64,000 bases of DNA from an uncultured Alphaproteobacteria bacterium (GCA_963791325.1 CAWBRU010000002.1:266632-330631), one strand, 5' to 3'. Counted from the first letter of the stretch, positions 28,109 to 40,800 are shown. The notes: generated by a model not told the origin, from the sequence alone. Translations and numbers: made by a program.

Positions 28109-29099
28109 GAAACCGGGCATACCAAGCGTCTCTGCATTTGATGCCGCCACATTGAAAGACATTGACTTCAACGAGAGGGTGCGTTTGACCGCCGGCTTCA
28201 ACACTCCCAGGCGCTGTCCGCGTCGGTTGTCGGGCCGGCGCAACCTGTCTCGCCGTCAACACCTATGGTGGCACAGCACGGCGCTCGTGCTCGTAGCCGC
28301 GATGCTCGGCCATCCGCAAGCGGCCAGCGCGCAAAGCACGTCGGGATTTACCTTTGGCTACGATTTCGTTGGCGTTGGCGACCAAAGCGGCGGAACAGGA
28401 TCAACCGCGGAGCCGGCGGCGACTTATCAAGGATCGTATGCATTCGCGTTTCCTGTTTTTGACTATTCAGGCGGTCACCTTCTGGCAGAATATGGCATTC
28501 CTCAGGCCTGGGACAAAGGATTTGTGCCGACCGATGGGCAGACCGCGATCTTTACCAGTATGAGTGTTGGAGCGCCCTACAATTACATAAGGGTGAGCCA
28601 GACTTATTATCCGGGTGAGTTTTCTTATACATCTGACGCACCGTCTTATCATATCTTTGTTGAAAGCGGGCTCGTGTTTACGGGCTCCGGAATCGACAAT
28701 CAATCATGGGAATCAAAGCAGTATCTGACGGCGGAAGGAGCTGGCTCACTTATCCTCTTCGCGAACCATGCATCGGCTGGCGACGCCTACCTATCGACGT
28801 TCGGCACGAATTCGCAGATCGCATTTATCGGCAGCAGCAATGCCGAAGATGCACACATCAACCTCGCGTCGGGTACCGCCCTCATCGTCTCGACCAGCGA
28901 CGGTGCCCTGACAATCGGCGACCTCAGCGGAACCGGTTTTGTCTACGCAGACAATGAGTTCGGCGGCGCGCAGACCCAAGTCCTCTCCTTTGGCGCCGCC
29001 GGGTCCAGCTTTCATGAATTCGACGGCAACCTCCGAGACAATCCCACGAACGGCGCGATACTGTCGTTGAAGAAGGTCAGCATCGGCGGACTGAACCTC

Positions 29100-31650
29100 G
29101 GCGGCGTCAATCTCTATACCGGCCCTACGACGATCAGCCGCGGCCGGTTGGCGTTGGTAGGAGGCGGATCGATCGCGGATTCGAGCGAAGTCGACTTGGC
29201 CAATGCCGGTGTGACGTTCGCAATCGGGAACACGACAGCCGGAGCCTCGATCAGGACGCTGCGCGGGGTCGGCGGCTCGACGGTGGATCTGGGCGCGCAG
29301 ACGCTGACCGTTACCCAAGCGTCGAGCGGTTTTTCAGGTGTGATCCTGGGCACCGGCGGCCTGACCGTTGCAGGCGGCACCGAGACACTCGGCGGCGTCA
29401 ATACCTATACCGGGCAAACCGCGATCGCGGGTGGGACACTGGTGCTCAGCGGCGCCGGCTCGATCGCCGGTTCGAGCGACGTCGGTCTCAGCGGCGCAGA
29501 CGCCAAGTTCGACATTTCGCAGACGAACAGCGGCGCTTCGATCACGACGCTGGACGGCGTTGCCGGCTCGGCGGTCGAGCTGGGAACGCAGTCGCTGACC
29601 GTGGCCAATGGATCGCCTGCATCGGCATTCGCAGGGGCGATCCATGGCTCGGGCGGCTTGACCCTGTCGGGCGGCACCCAGACACTCGCGGGCGTCAACA
29701 CCTACACTGGGCAAACCACCATTTCCGGTGATGGACTGGCGCTCAGCGGCGACGGCTCGATCGCCGGTTCGAGCCGAAATCAACCTGGCCAGCGGCGCAA
29801 CGTTCGACATCTCGGGCACGCGTGGCGGGGCTTCGATCACGACGTTGAACGGGTCTGCCGGTTCGACGGTGTCGCTGGGCGCGCAAACATTGACGCTCAC
29901 CGATTCATCTACCCTCTTTGCAGGAACGGTCGAGGGCTCGGGCGGCCTGACGCTCGCTCAAGGCGAGATGTTCCTCGCCGGCGTCAACACCTATACCGGC
30001 GTCACCATGATCGATCATGGCCGGCTCGACCTGGGCGGAACCGCCTCGATCGCCGAACTCGAGCACACTCTTCCTCGGCAATTCCGACGCCACCTTCGAC
30101 ATCAGCCAGACCACCAACGGCGCGTCGATCGGATCGCTCTCCAGCTTCGGCGGATCGGTCGAGCTCGGCACTCAAACCCTGACCATCACCAATGCGAAAT
30201 CCGGATTGTTCCGGGGCACCATCAGCGGCGATGGCGGGCTCAGGCTGGCGGGCGGCAACCAGAATTCTTGCCGGATTCAACACCTACCAGGGCGGCACGG
30301 TCATCGACGCCGGAGCGACCCTTGCGCTCGGCTTCGGCGACACGGCCGGCGCCATCATCGGCGACGTCATCGACAATGGCACGTTCACGTTCAACCGTTC
30401 GAACGCCTTCACGCTTTCCGGCCCGATCTCGGGTTCCGGCGGGGTAAGCCAAGTCGGCTCCGGCACGACGACGCTCTCCGCAGCAAACGTCTTCACCGGG
30501 CGAACCGCGGTGAGCAAGGGTACGCTGGCGCTCTCCGGCCAAGGATCGATCGCGAGCTCCAACGCCGTCAACCTCAGTGCCGGCACCACCTTCGACATTT
30601 CCGGGACGACGGCGGGCACATCGATCACGACGCTCGACGGCGCTGCCGGCGCGACCGTGGCGCTGGGGACGCAGCCGCTGACCATCACCCGCGGGTCGAC
30701 GACCTTCGCAGGCAACATCCAGGGCTCCGGAGGCCTCTCGGTCTCGGGCGGCACGCAGACGCTCGCCGGCGAAAACAGCTACAGCGGAGCAACGACGGTG
30801 AGCGGCGGCAAATTGGCGCTCTCCGGAAGCGGCTCGATCGCCGGCTCGAACCGGCTCACCCTCAACAATCCGGGCACCACGTTCGACATTTCCGAGACGA
30901 CGGCGGGCACATCGATCACGACGTTGAACGGTGCCGCCGGCTCGACGGTGGCGCTGGGCGCGCAGACGCTGACGCTGACCAACGCGTCGAACACGTTTCA
31001 AGGCGCGATCCAGGGCTCGGGCGGGCTGACACTGTCGGGCGGCAGCGAGCGCCTGTCGGGGGCCAACAGCTACACCGGCGCGACCACGATCGATAACGGC
31101 ACACTGGATTTGCTCCAAACCGGTTCGATTGCGAGCTCGAGCGAGGTCGACCTCCCCAACTCGAACGCCACCTTCGACATCTCGCGGGCGACGGCCAAGG
31201 CCGCGATCACGTCGCTCGCCGGCATCGCCGGCTCGAGTGTCGACCTCGGCACGCAGACATTGGCGATCACCAACGGGTCGACAGGCTTTGCCGGCGTGAT
31301 CGACGGCCTTGGCGGTCTGGAGGTGTCGGGCGGCACCCAGACGCTCGCCGGCGTCAACCGCTACCTGGGAGCGACCACGGTGAGCGGCGGCACGCTGGTC
31401 CTGGCAGGCACCGGCGCGATCGCCGGCTCGAGCGAGGTCGACCTCGGCGGTTCGGGAGCGACCTTCGATATCGCAAGGACGGCCAATGGTGCGTCGATCC
31501 AGACGCTCGACGGCGTCGGCGGCACGACCGTTTCGCTGGGCTCCGAAACATTGACCATCGCCAATGCTTCCACGACCTTCGGCGGCGCCATCCAAGGGCC
31601 CGGCGGCCGTCTGGCAATCGCCCGCGGCACCCAGGTCCTCACCGGCGTCA
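29100..31650 (+). repeat. tandem ~297-bp (99-aa) coding repeats inside AT1, about 8-9 copies
   Basis: GVNTYTGQT... recurs at 29395, 29692 and about 29987. The unit consensus is NTYTG-TT-GG-L-LSG-GSIA-SS-V-L---ATFDIS-T--GASITTL-G-AGS-V-LG-QTLT-T--S--FAG-I-GSGGL-LSGGTQTLAG. Confidence 0.7.
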
Positions 31651-32129
31651 GCACCTATGGCGGCGGAACATCGATCGCCACCGGGGCAACCCTTCAGCTC
31701 GGCAATGGCGGCGCGGGCGGCTCGATCGCCGGCGACGTCACCGACAATGGCATGCTGATTTCCGACCGATCGGATTCCGCCCAGCTTTCGGACGTGATCT
31801 CGGGTTCGGGCAGTCTCAAGAAAATCGGCTCCGGCGACCTCCTGCTCGCCGGCAGCAACACCTACGCCGGCGGCTCCTCCCTCGGGACCGGAAGCCTGAG
31901 CCTCGGTTCGAACACGGCGCTCGGCTCCGGGCAACTGACCATGCAGGCCGGGACGACCCTTGACGCGGCCGCACCTGGTCTCGCGGTCGCCAATTCCATC
32001 AGCCTCGCCGGCGATGTCGTTTTCGACAGCGGAGCCAATCTTTGGCAGCTGGCCGGCAACATCGGCGGGCCGGGTGGTTTCACCAAAGAGGGAACGGGAA
32101 GCCTGTCGCTGACCGGCCGCGAGAGCTAT

Positions 32130-34960
32130 CGGGGAGCGACCACGATCAGCAACGGCACCTTGGTGGGCGCGGGTCCCGATTTCGGCTTTGCCCGGGGAAG
32201 CGCCTTCACGCTTCAGTCAGCCGGCCGGCTGTCCGTCGAAAGCTCCGAGGAGATCGGCTCGCTCGCCGGCAGCGGCGAAGTCAACATCGCCGGCGATACC
32301 GAGTTGATCCACGGCGGCAACGATCAGAGCACGATTTTCTCGGGCCTGCTCTCCGGCACGGGCAGCTTCGACAAGACGGGAGCCGGCACCTTCACCTTCA
32401 GCGGCGACGGTTCCGGCTTCACCGGCCAAACCGATGTCGAGGACGGTACGCTGCTGGTCGACGGGTCGCTCAGCAGCGCAGCCGTCTCGGTTTCGGCCGG
32501 CGCGCTGGGCGGCAACGGCCGCATCGCCGGCGCTGTCTCCGTCGGCGCCGCTTCACTGCAAGGCCTTCAAGGCCGGACGCTGACGATGGGCAGCCTGAAA
32601 CTGAGCAGCTCGGCTCACGCCGACGTCACTTTGGGCGCACCCGGCACGATGCCGCTGTTCGATGTCCTCGGAAATCTGAAGCTCGACGGGACCTTGAACG
32701 TCACCGACGCCGGCGGCTTCGGTGCGGGCGTGTACAGGCTTATCAACTACGGCGGTGTCTTGACCAACAGCGGCATGGTCATCGGCACGGCACCCGATCA
32801 GGGCGAGCTCGCCGTGCAGACCGCAGTTCCCAACCAGGTCAATCTGGTCAACCGGGCCGGCCAAAACCTGACCTTCTGGGATGGCGGCAATCCGATCGAC
32901 TGGAGCAACGGCCGCGTCGATGGAGGCACCGGGACCTGGGACCTGACCACGGAAGCTTGGACGGGTCAGGATGGTGCCGTCGATGGACCGATGACCCCTC
33001 ACCCCGCCTTTGAGATATTCCAGGGCGCGCCGGGACAGGTCACCGTCAGCGACCGGAATGGCGACGTCGGCGTGACCGGCATGCAGTTCTTCGTCGACGG
33101 CTACAGCGTTGTCGGCGATCCGATTACTTTGGCAGACCCGCAAACGGCGATCGTCGTCGGCGACGGCACCTCGGCCAGCGCCGGCATGAGCGCCGTGATC
33201 TCCGCGCCGCTGACCGGCATCGGCGGGCTCGTCAAGCGCGACCTCGGCACGCTCACCCTCGCCGGCCAAAACAGCTACGCCGGCGGCACGGTGATCGAGG
33301 CCGGCACGCTTGCGGTCTCGAGCGATGGCGGGCTCGGGGACAGCTTGGGCGGGCTGACCTTCGACGGCGGCACGCTCCGGTTCGGGGCCGACGTCACCAG
33401 CGACCGCACCGTCAGCCTGGACGATGGGGGCGGCACCGTCGACACAGACGGCTTCCGAGCGACGCTCGGCGGCTCGATCGACGGTGTGGGCGCCTTGACC
33501 AAGGTCGGCAGAGATAGGCTGCGGCTGACCGGCACCGGCAGCTATTCGGGGCCGACCCTCATCGACGCCGGCACCCTGCAGGCCGGCATCGCCGATGCCT
33601 TCTCGGCGAGCAGCGCCTACACCGTCGGCTCCGGCGCAACCCTCGACCTCGCCGATCTCGACCAGACTATCGGCTCGCTTGCCGGCAGCGGCAACGTGAC
33701 GTTCGGCTCGGCGACGCTGACCACTGGCGGAGACAATCGAAGCACCGCCTTCGATGGCATCCTATCCGGGCAAGGTGGCCTCACCAAGGTCGGCACAGGC
33801 ACCTTCACGCTCGACGGCGACGGCTCCGGTTTCGACGGCCAAACCGCTGTCGACGCCGGCACCTTGCTGGTCGGTGGGCCGCTCGGCACCGGTTCCGTCT
33901 CCGTTCAGGACGGGGCGACGCTTGGCGGCAGCGGCATCATCGGCGGCGATGTCTCTGTTTCCGGCACGCTGCAGGGCATACAGGGCCAGACGCTGACAAT
34001 GGGCAGCCTGACGCTGGGCAGCCCAGCTCGGACCGACGTGACGCTCGGGACACCGGGCGGCGCCTCGCTGTTCGATGTCGGCGGCGATCTCACCCTCGAC
34101 GGCACCTTGAACATCGCCGATGCCGGCGGCTTCGGCGCCGGGGTCTACCGGCTGTTCGACTATGGCGGCGCGCTCGCCGATGAGGGGCTCGCCATCGGCA
34201 CGGCGCCAAATCCCACCGACCTGGCGATCCAGACCGCCATCGCCACCGAGGTGAACCTCGTGAACCGAGCCGGCCAGAACCTCACCTTCTGGGACGGCGG
34301 CAACCCGGCCGACTGGAACAACGGCCGTATCGACGGCGGCGCGGGGACCTGGGATCTTCTCGCCGAAGCCTGGACGGGCGAGAACGGCACGATCAACGGG
34401 CCGGCCCTTCAGCCCGCCTTTCCCGTATTCCAAGGCTCGCCTGGCGTGGTCACCGTGAGCGACCGCAACGGCGATGTGGCGGTGACCGGGATGCAGTTCT
34501 TCGTCGACGGCTATCATGTGGCCGGCGACCCGCTCACTTTGGCCGATGCGCAGACCGCGATCATCGTCGGCGACGGATCCTCGGCCGGTGCCGGCATGGC
34601 AGCCACCATCTCCGCACCGCTCACCGGCGCCGGCGGCCTGTTGAAGCGCGATCTCGGCACGCTCACCCTCGCCGGCCCGAACACCTATTCCGGCGGCACG
34701 GTGGTCGAGGCAGGTACGCTGGCTCTGACCAACGGTCAGGCGATCGGCACCGGGTCACTGTCGCTCGATCCCGGCACGGCACTCGGCCTCGCCGGCTCTT
34801 TCACGCTCGCCAACGCCGTCAGCCTCGCCGGCGATCCCTCAGTCGAGGTCACCGCCGGCAATGCCGCGGTGCTCGGCGGCGCCATCAGCGATGCGCCGGG
34901 TGCAGCCGGCGAGCTGGAGAAGACCGGGGAAGGGACACTGACGCTCACCGGGCAGAACAG
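32130..34960 (+). repeat. ~1.41-kb (471-aa) tandem duplication inside AT1
   Basis: GTGSFDKTGAGTFTFSGDGSGFTGQTDVEDGTLLVDG (about 32355) matches GQGGLTKVGTGTFTLDGDGSGFDGQTAVDAGTLLVGG (about 33768). Both are followed by the same ...NLVNRAGQNLTFWDGGNP-DW-NGR-DGG-GTWDL--EAWTG... module. Confidence 0.65.
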
Positions 34961-36882
34961 CTATTCCGGCGGCACGGTGGCGGCGGCCGGCACGCTGGTC
35001 GGCTCGTCCGGGAGCCTGGGCAGCGGTGCCATTCTGGACAACGCCGCGCTGGTTTTCGATCAGCAGGCAGACGGGACCTTTGCCGCCCCGATCTCCGGCA
35101 GCGGTACGCTGGAAAAGAGCGGCACCGGGCAGCTCTTCCTCACGGCGATGAGCGCGCTTTCCGGTGCGACCACGGTGAGCGCCGGCACGCTGGTGGTCGA
35201 GGGTTCGCTGGCCGGCTCCGCGGCAACCGTCCTGTCGGGCGCCACACTCGGCGGCTCAGGCACGGTCGGCGCACTGACGGCCGAGAGCGGCGCAACGGTC
35301 GCCCCCGGCGCGGCGGTGCCGTTCTCCACCTTGAACGTCGCCGGCAATGCCAACTTCGCGCCCGGCTCGATCCTTGCCGTCTATGTCGGCCCGGGAGGCC
35401 AGAACGACAAGCTCGCCGTCGGCGGCACGGCAACGCTGTCGGGCGGCACAGTGGTGGTGACGCCCCAGTCCGGCACCTATACGCCGCTCAGCCGCTACAC
35501 GCTGGTGTCGGCGACCGGCGGTGTGTCGGGCCGTTTCGCCGGTCTGACCACCCCATCCGACGTTGCCGACAGTTTCGCCTTTCTGTCGCCGGAGCTTGTC
35601 TATGGCCCCGAGAGTGTGACGCTCGGCTTTACCCAGACCGCCGACTTCCCGACATTTGCCGGGACCGGCAACCAAGCCGCTGTCGCCGAGGCACTGCAAG
35701 CGCTCGGCCTCGGCAACCCGCTTTATGATGCGGTGATCGGCCAGAGCCAAGCCGGTGCCGAACAGGCCTTCAATGCGCTGTCGGGCGAGGTGCATGGCAG
35801 TCTCGCAACGGCCACCTTGCAGGACTCCGGTCTCGTCCGCGCTGCCATCCTCGATCGGCTGAGCGGGACAGGCTCGGCGCCGGCTGCCGACACCGAGCCG
35901 CCGGCGACCACCGCAGCGCTTGCGCCTGGGATGGCGCCGGCTTTCTGGACCCAGGCCTTCGGTGTTGACGGCCGCGGCGACGGCAATGGCGATGCCGCCG
36001 CGATGACGCGCTCAACGAGCGGCGTCCTCATCGGCGGCGATGTCGGCGGCCTCGATCTTTTCCGCGGCGAGGCCCGGCTGGGAGCGGCCGGCGGCTATCT
36101 CCACGACAGCCTCGACGTGCCGGAGCGTAAGTCGACTGCCACCGCCGAGCAAATCTTCGCAGCAGTTTACGGCGGTGCCCGGTTCGGCCAGGTCGTGACA
36201 AGCCTCGGCGCCGCTTACAGCCATCTCAATCAAGACAGCAGCCGGCAAGTCTTGTTTCCCGGCTTTGCCGAAGGCGTCTCGGCCGACGGTGACGGCTGGC
36301 TCGGCCAGATGTTCGGTGAGATCGGCTATCGCGTCGACCTCGACGATCCGCTGGGCGGCAGCGGGGCGGTCACCAGCGCGATGATCGAGCCGTTTCTGGG
36401 CGGTGCCGCCATCCACCTCCACCAGGACGGCTTTGCCGAGACCGGCGGGACGGCGGCGCTCACCGCCGCCGGGCAGAGCCAGGATCTGGAAACCACCACC
36501 CTCGGGGTCAGGCTCGAGAGCGAGCTCGCCATCGCCGTGCCGTTTACCTTCCACGGCCTCTTCGGCTGGCGCCATGCCTATGGCGATGTCAGCCCCGAGG
36601 CGAGCCTTGCGTTTGCCGGCGGTGCGCCCTTCACCGTCGCCGGGGTGCCGCTCGACCGCGATGCCTTCGTCGCTGAGGCCGGGCTCGAGGCAAAGCTCGG
36701 TGGGCGTGCCGGCTTCGGCCTGTCCTATACCGGCCAGTTCGGCAGCCGGGGGTCCGAAAACGCCATCAATGCGCGGCTCACCGTGAACTTTTGAGGGTGT
36801 GCTGACCCGTCAGCGTTTCAGGTCGTGCCGTGGTCGGCATCTCGGCGGCCAGAACATCGGATCAACGCGCCGCAAGCCGGCT

Positions 36883-37535
36883 TTAGTCGACGCGGGTGAA
36901 GCCGTCGGGAGACCAGGCCTCGCTGCCCACCCCGTGATGGACAAAGAACAAGCCGGCGGGATCGTATTTCTTCTTCACGGCGAGCAGTCGGCGATAGTTC
37001 GGCCCCAAAAGGACTGCTGCCATTGGGCGTCGAAATAGTCTCCCTCCGAGACATAGGAGCCGCAATCGGGTGCCACTCGTCTCAGCTTGTCTGCTGCATC
37101 GCCGATCGCCTTGGCGTCACGTCGCGCAGCGCCAAGGTCCGGCGCGCGATCGACAAGGTAGCGATAGGCGTCGGGCTCACCCCCGGCGATGATGGCGAGT
37201 GCGAAGGCGTCGAGTACGGCGTGGTTCATGGCGGTATCCTTGGCGGCCGCCAGATCGGCAGCGTCGGCGCCGGCCAGCCCTTTGTTGACGTGGAGAGCGA
37301 CAGCCCAGTGATCCGTGGCAGCAAACAGCGCCTCGGCTAGACGTCCGCGCTGGCCGGGCTCCAGCAACGAGGCAGGCAGCCAGACCGATTGGTAGCCATG
37401 AATGAAAACGCCGAGTTCGGACTCCTGTTCGGCGAACCAGAGATTGTCTGCCGGTGCGAGCGGTGAGAGGTTCGCGCCGCATGTCATAAGTCGCAGGTCA
37501 ACAGTTGCCGATGATGCGAGCTCCAAGCAAGGCAC
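36883..37535 (-). pseudogene. remnant of a BBE-type FAD-linked oxidase (C-terminal part only; 1-nt deletion near 37001)
   Basis: The C-terminus FWGPNYRRLLAVKKKYDPAGLFFVHHGVGSEAW is a berberine-bridge-enzyme-like domain. It is reached only after a frame change from ...DYFDAQWQQSFWG. The N-terminal FAD-binding domain is missing. Confidence 0.6.
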
Positions 37536-37806
37536 TTCTATCAGAAGTGGTGAAGAAGTTCATGTTCGCGTCGCTACGGCAGACGCTGCAGCCCAGCGTC
37601 GGCGGCTCCGCTTCGATTCCTTCGCATCATGAACAAGCGGTGAGGACGTGCAATGGAACGAGATGATGGCATGAAGGCATGACAGGATGATGTTCCTGCT
37701 GCATGACAGTCAGCCACATCGCCGCTGGCATCCATCGACATCCCTACCGCATCTCGGACCAGCAACGGCGGCTGCCGCACCGATGCTGCGCCGCGGCGGA
37801 ACCGGT

Positions 37807-40800
37807 CTACCACCTGACCGTCAGGCCGAGATTGGCCTCGAGGACCCGCTCCTTCGCGCCGCCCAGACCTAAGGTGTAGTCGCCGGTGGCATGGATGCTG
37901 ACATGCTTGCCCAGCGCAGCCACCACGCCGCCGCCGAGGTCCAAGGCGGTGCCGCCGATTTCGGTCGTAAACGGGTTGCCGTCGAAACGCACGGTGTCGG
38001 TGGTCGGGAAATAGTCCCAGACATTGGCCTTGAGGTAGGGCTGCAGCTTACCGTAGGGCGTTTCGAAGTTGCCCGCCAATCGCAGCCCTACCCTGCCGGT
38101 CAAGCTGTTGCCGGGCTCGAGCGATACCGTCGAAAACTCCGTCCGGGTGTCGTCGAACCAGAAACGCTGCCAGATCAGCTGAGCTTGCGGCTCCAGCTGC
38201 CAGCGCGGCGACAGCACGAACGGATAACCGGCCTCGAGGGAGGCGGTCAGCCCTCTGCCGTCGGCGTCGATGCCGACGCCGCGGTCGGAATATGCCTCGC
38301 CGCCGTAGAAATCGGCACTGGCGATGGCATCGATGTAGCCGCCCGTCGGCCCGACATTGGTGTAGTAGGCGCCGACGCTGTCGGTGTTGAGATGCACGCC
38401 GCCCAGCGTGCCGAGCCCCGGCAGCAAGTTCGGTTCGGAGATGCCGGCATCGGCCGTGACGTGCCCGTAGAACAGGCCTGCGGTGTGGATGTGCCCATCG
38501 CTGGTCTCGGCGCGCAGCATATCGAGCCCGGTCTGCAGCCCCCACAGATGGCCGTCGAGCGCGGGCGAGATCTCGCCTTGCCAACCCTGATCGAACTGGC
38601 GGCCGAAGAGACGCCCCCAGGCGGCCGAGAAATCGTCCCCGGGAACGAGCACGTCCTGATCGCCGCGGCGCTCGTGGAAGGTACTGGTCAGGCGCGCCGC
38701 CAAGGCGATCGATTCGGCGACGGGGACTTCCGGGCTGATCGAAGTGGTTCTGAGGTACCAGTCCTGCGGCGTGCCGCCGCCCAACCCGCCCTTGAACAGA
38801 TTGTAGTCGTAGCCGCCTGCCGACACGGTGTTGCCGAGCGCAAACCCGTCGGCGCTGGCGCCGTTCAGCGCTTCGACGACAAGAATGCCGTCGCTTGCGG
38901 TGCGCGCGCCGTGTCCCCCTCGGTTGGTGACGAAGAGGCTGGTTTGGCCGCTCGCCGCGCCGCCGTCGATGACGATCCGGTCGGAGGGTGAGCCGTCGGC
39001 GCCGAGCACGGTGTTGATCGCCGCCGTGGAGCCGGGTCGGCCGACGAGGTTGCCAATCACGACGAGCCGGTTGCCGACGCCTTGCCCGCCGATCTGCAGC
39101 AGGCCGCCATTGTCGAGGGTTCCGTCGACCGTGAAGGTGCCGTTGGCGCTGCCGGCAAAGACTGGCAGGGCGTCGGCGACCGCGACCGTGCCCTGGTTGG
39201 CGACCATGCCGGCAACGCTGCCGTAGCCGCCGAGCGTCGCGCCGGCGACGACATCAACGGGACCGCCGCCGGACAACGCCGCACCGGAATGGGCCGGATC
39301 GCCGACCGCGAGCGTTCCGGCCAGCACGGCGGTGCCGCCGGAATAGGGATCGTCGGCGGTGAGGATTGTGGTGCCGGATCGGATCTGTGCCACGGCGCCG
39401 GCACCGGAGATGACACCGCCGAAGGTCACGGTGTCGGAGCGGTCGAAAGCGAGCACACCATTGTCGAGCACGTTGCCCATAACGCTGCCGCTGGTGCCGC
39501 CGTTGCCGAGATGCAGGGCGCCGGCCGAGATCGTCGTGCCGCCGCTGTAGGTGTTGTCGGCGGTGAGCACCGTGGTGCCGGTGCCGATGTGGGCCAGGGA
39601 GCCGGTCCCAGAGATGATGCCGGGGAAGGTCACGGTGTCGGAGCGGTCGAAGGCGAGCACACCGTTGTCGAGCACGTTGCCGACGATGCTGCCTGAGGTA
39701 CCGCCGTCGCCGAGCTGAAGCGTGCCGGCCGAGATCGTCGTGCCGCCCGCATAAGTGTTGTCGGCGGTGAGCACGGTGGTGCCGGGACCGATCTGGGCCA
39801 GGGACCCGGTTCCCGAGACCAGGCCTGCAAAGGTCACGGTGTCGGACCGGTCGATGGTGAACTGGCCGTTGTCGAGCACATCGCCCAAAATGCTGCCGGT
39901 GGTGCCGCCGGTGCCGAGCTGCAGCGTGCCGGCCGAGATCGTCGTGCCGCCGCTGTAGGTATGGTCGGCGGTGAGCACCGTGGTGCCGGTGCCGATCTGG
40001 GCGACGCTGCCGGTGCCGAAGATCGTGCCGCCGAAGCTCAACGTGTCGGCACGGTCGAAGACGAGCCGGCCGTCGTCGCTGACATCGCCCACAATGCTGC
40101 CGCTGGTGCCGCCATTGCCGAGCTGAAGCGTGCCGTTCACGACCGTGGTGCCGCCGGTTTAGGTGCTGTCGGCGGCGAGCACCGTGGTGCCCGTCCCGAT
40201 CTGCGCCACGTAGCCGGTGCCCGAGATCACGCCGGGAACGCTGAACCGATCGGAACGGTCGAAGGCGAGCACACCATTGTCGAGCACGTCGCCGATGATG
40301 CTGCCGCTGGTGCCGCCGTTGCCGAGCCACAACGTGCCGTCGGCAATCGTGGTGCCGCCGGTATAGGTGCTGTCGCCGGTGAGCACGGTGTCGCCGTCGC
40401 CGAATTGCAAGACGCGCCCGCTCCCGGAAATGACGCCGGGCACGACCAGCATATCGGCGCGGTCGATGCCGAGCACGCCGTTGTCGAGCACGTTGCCGAC
40501 GATGCTGCCCGAGGTGCCGCCGTCGCCGAGCTGCAAGGCGCCGGCCGAGATCGTCGTGCCGCCGGTATAGGCATTGTCGGCGGTGAGCACGGTGGTGCCG
40601 GTGCCGATCTGGGCCAGGGACCCGGTTCCCGAGACCAGGCGGGGGAAGGTCACGGTGTCGGAGCGGTCGAAGGCGAGCTGGCCGTTGTCGAGCACATCGC
40701 CCAAAATGCTGCCGGTGTCGCCGCCGTCGCCGAGCTGCAGGGTGCCGGCCGAGATCGTCGTACCGCCGGTGTATGTGTTGTCGGCGGTGAGCACGGTGGT

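Larger units (their letters stand above)
28152..36794 (+). pseudogene. giant type Va autotransporter (AT1, ~2,879 aa if repaired), interrupted by three 1-nt insertions at about 29775, 30055 and 30263
   Basis: Signal-peptide-like ALVLVAAMLGHPQAASA. Dozens of autotransporter-associated beta-strand (PATR-type) repeats follow (GGTQTLAGVNTYTGxTTIxGGTLxLSG). The C-terminal beta-barrel domain ends in ...INARLTVNF*. Repeat-consistent translation runs frame 0, then 1, then 2, then 0. Confidence 0.8.

Noticed and set aside
28152-30182. Treating ORF 28152..30182 as a complete 676-aa gene that ends at the TGA at 30180
   Set aside because: Its last ~135 aa (RNQPGQRRNVRHLGHAWRG...) are Arg-rich nonsense. 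The repeat-consistent sequence continues in the other two frames and then rejoins frame 0 at 30264. This is one 8.6-kb gene with three indels.
36795-36830. Terminator after AT1 (GCTGACCCGTCAGC followed by GTTTC)
   Set aside because: The stem is only 5 bp with a 4-nt loop, and the T-run is 3 nt. This is too weak to call.
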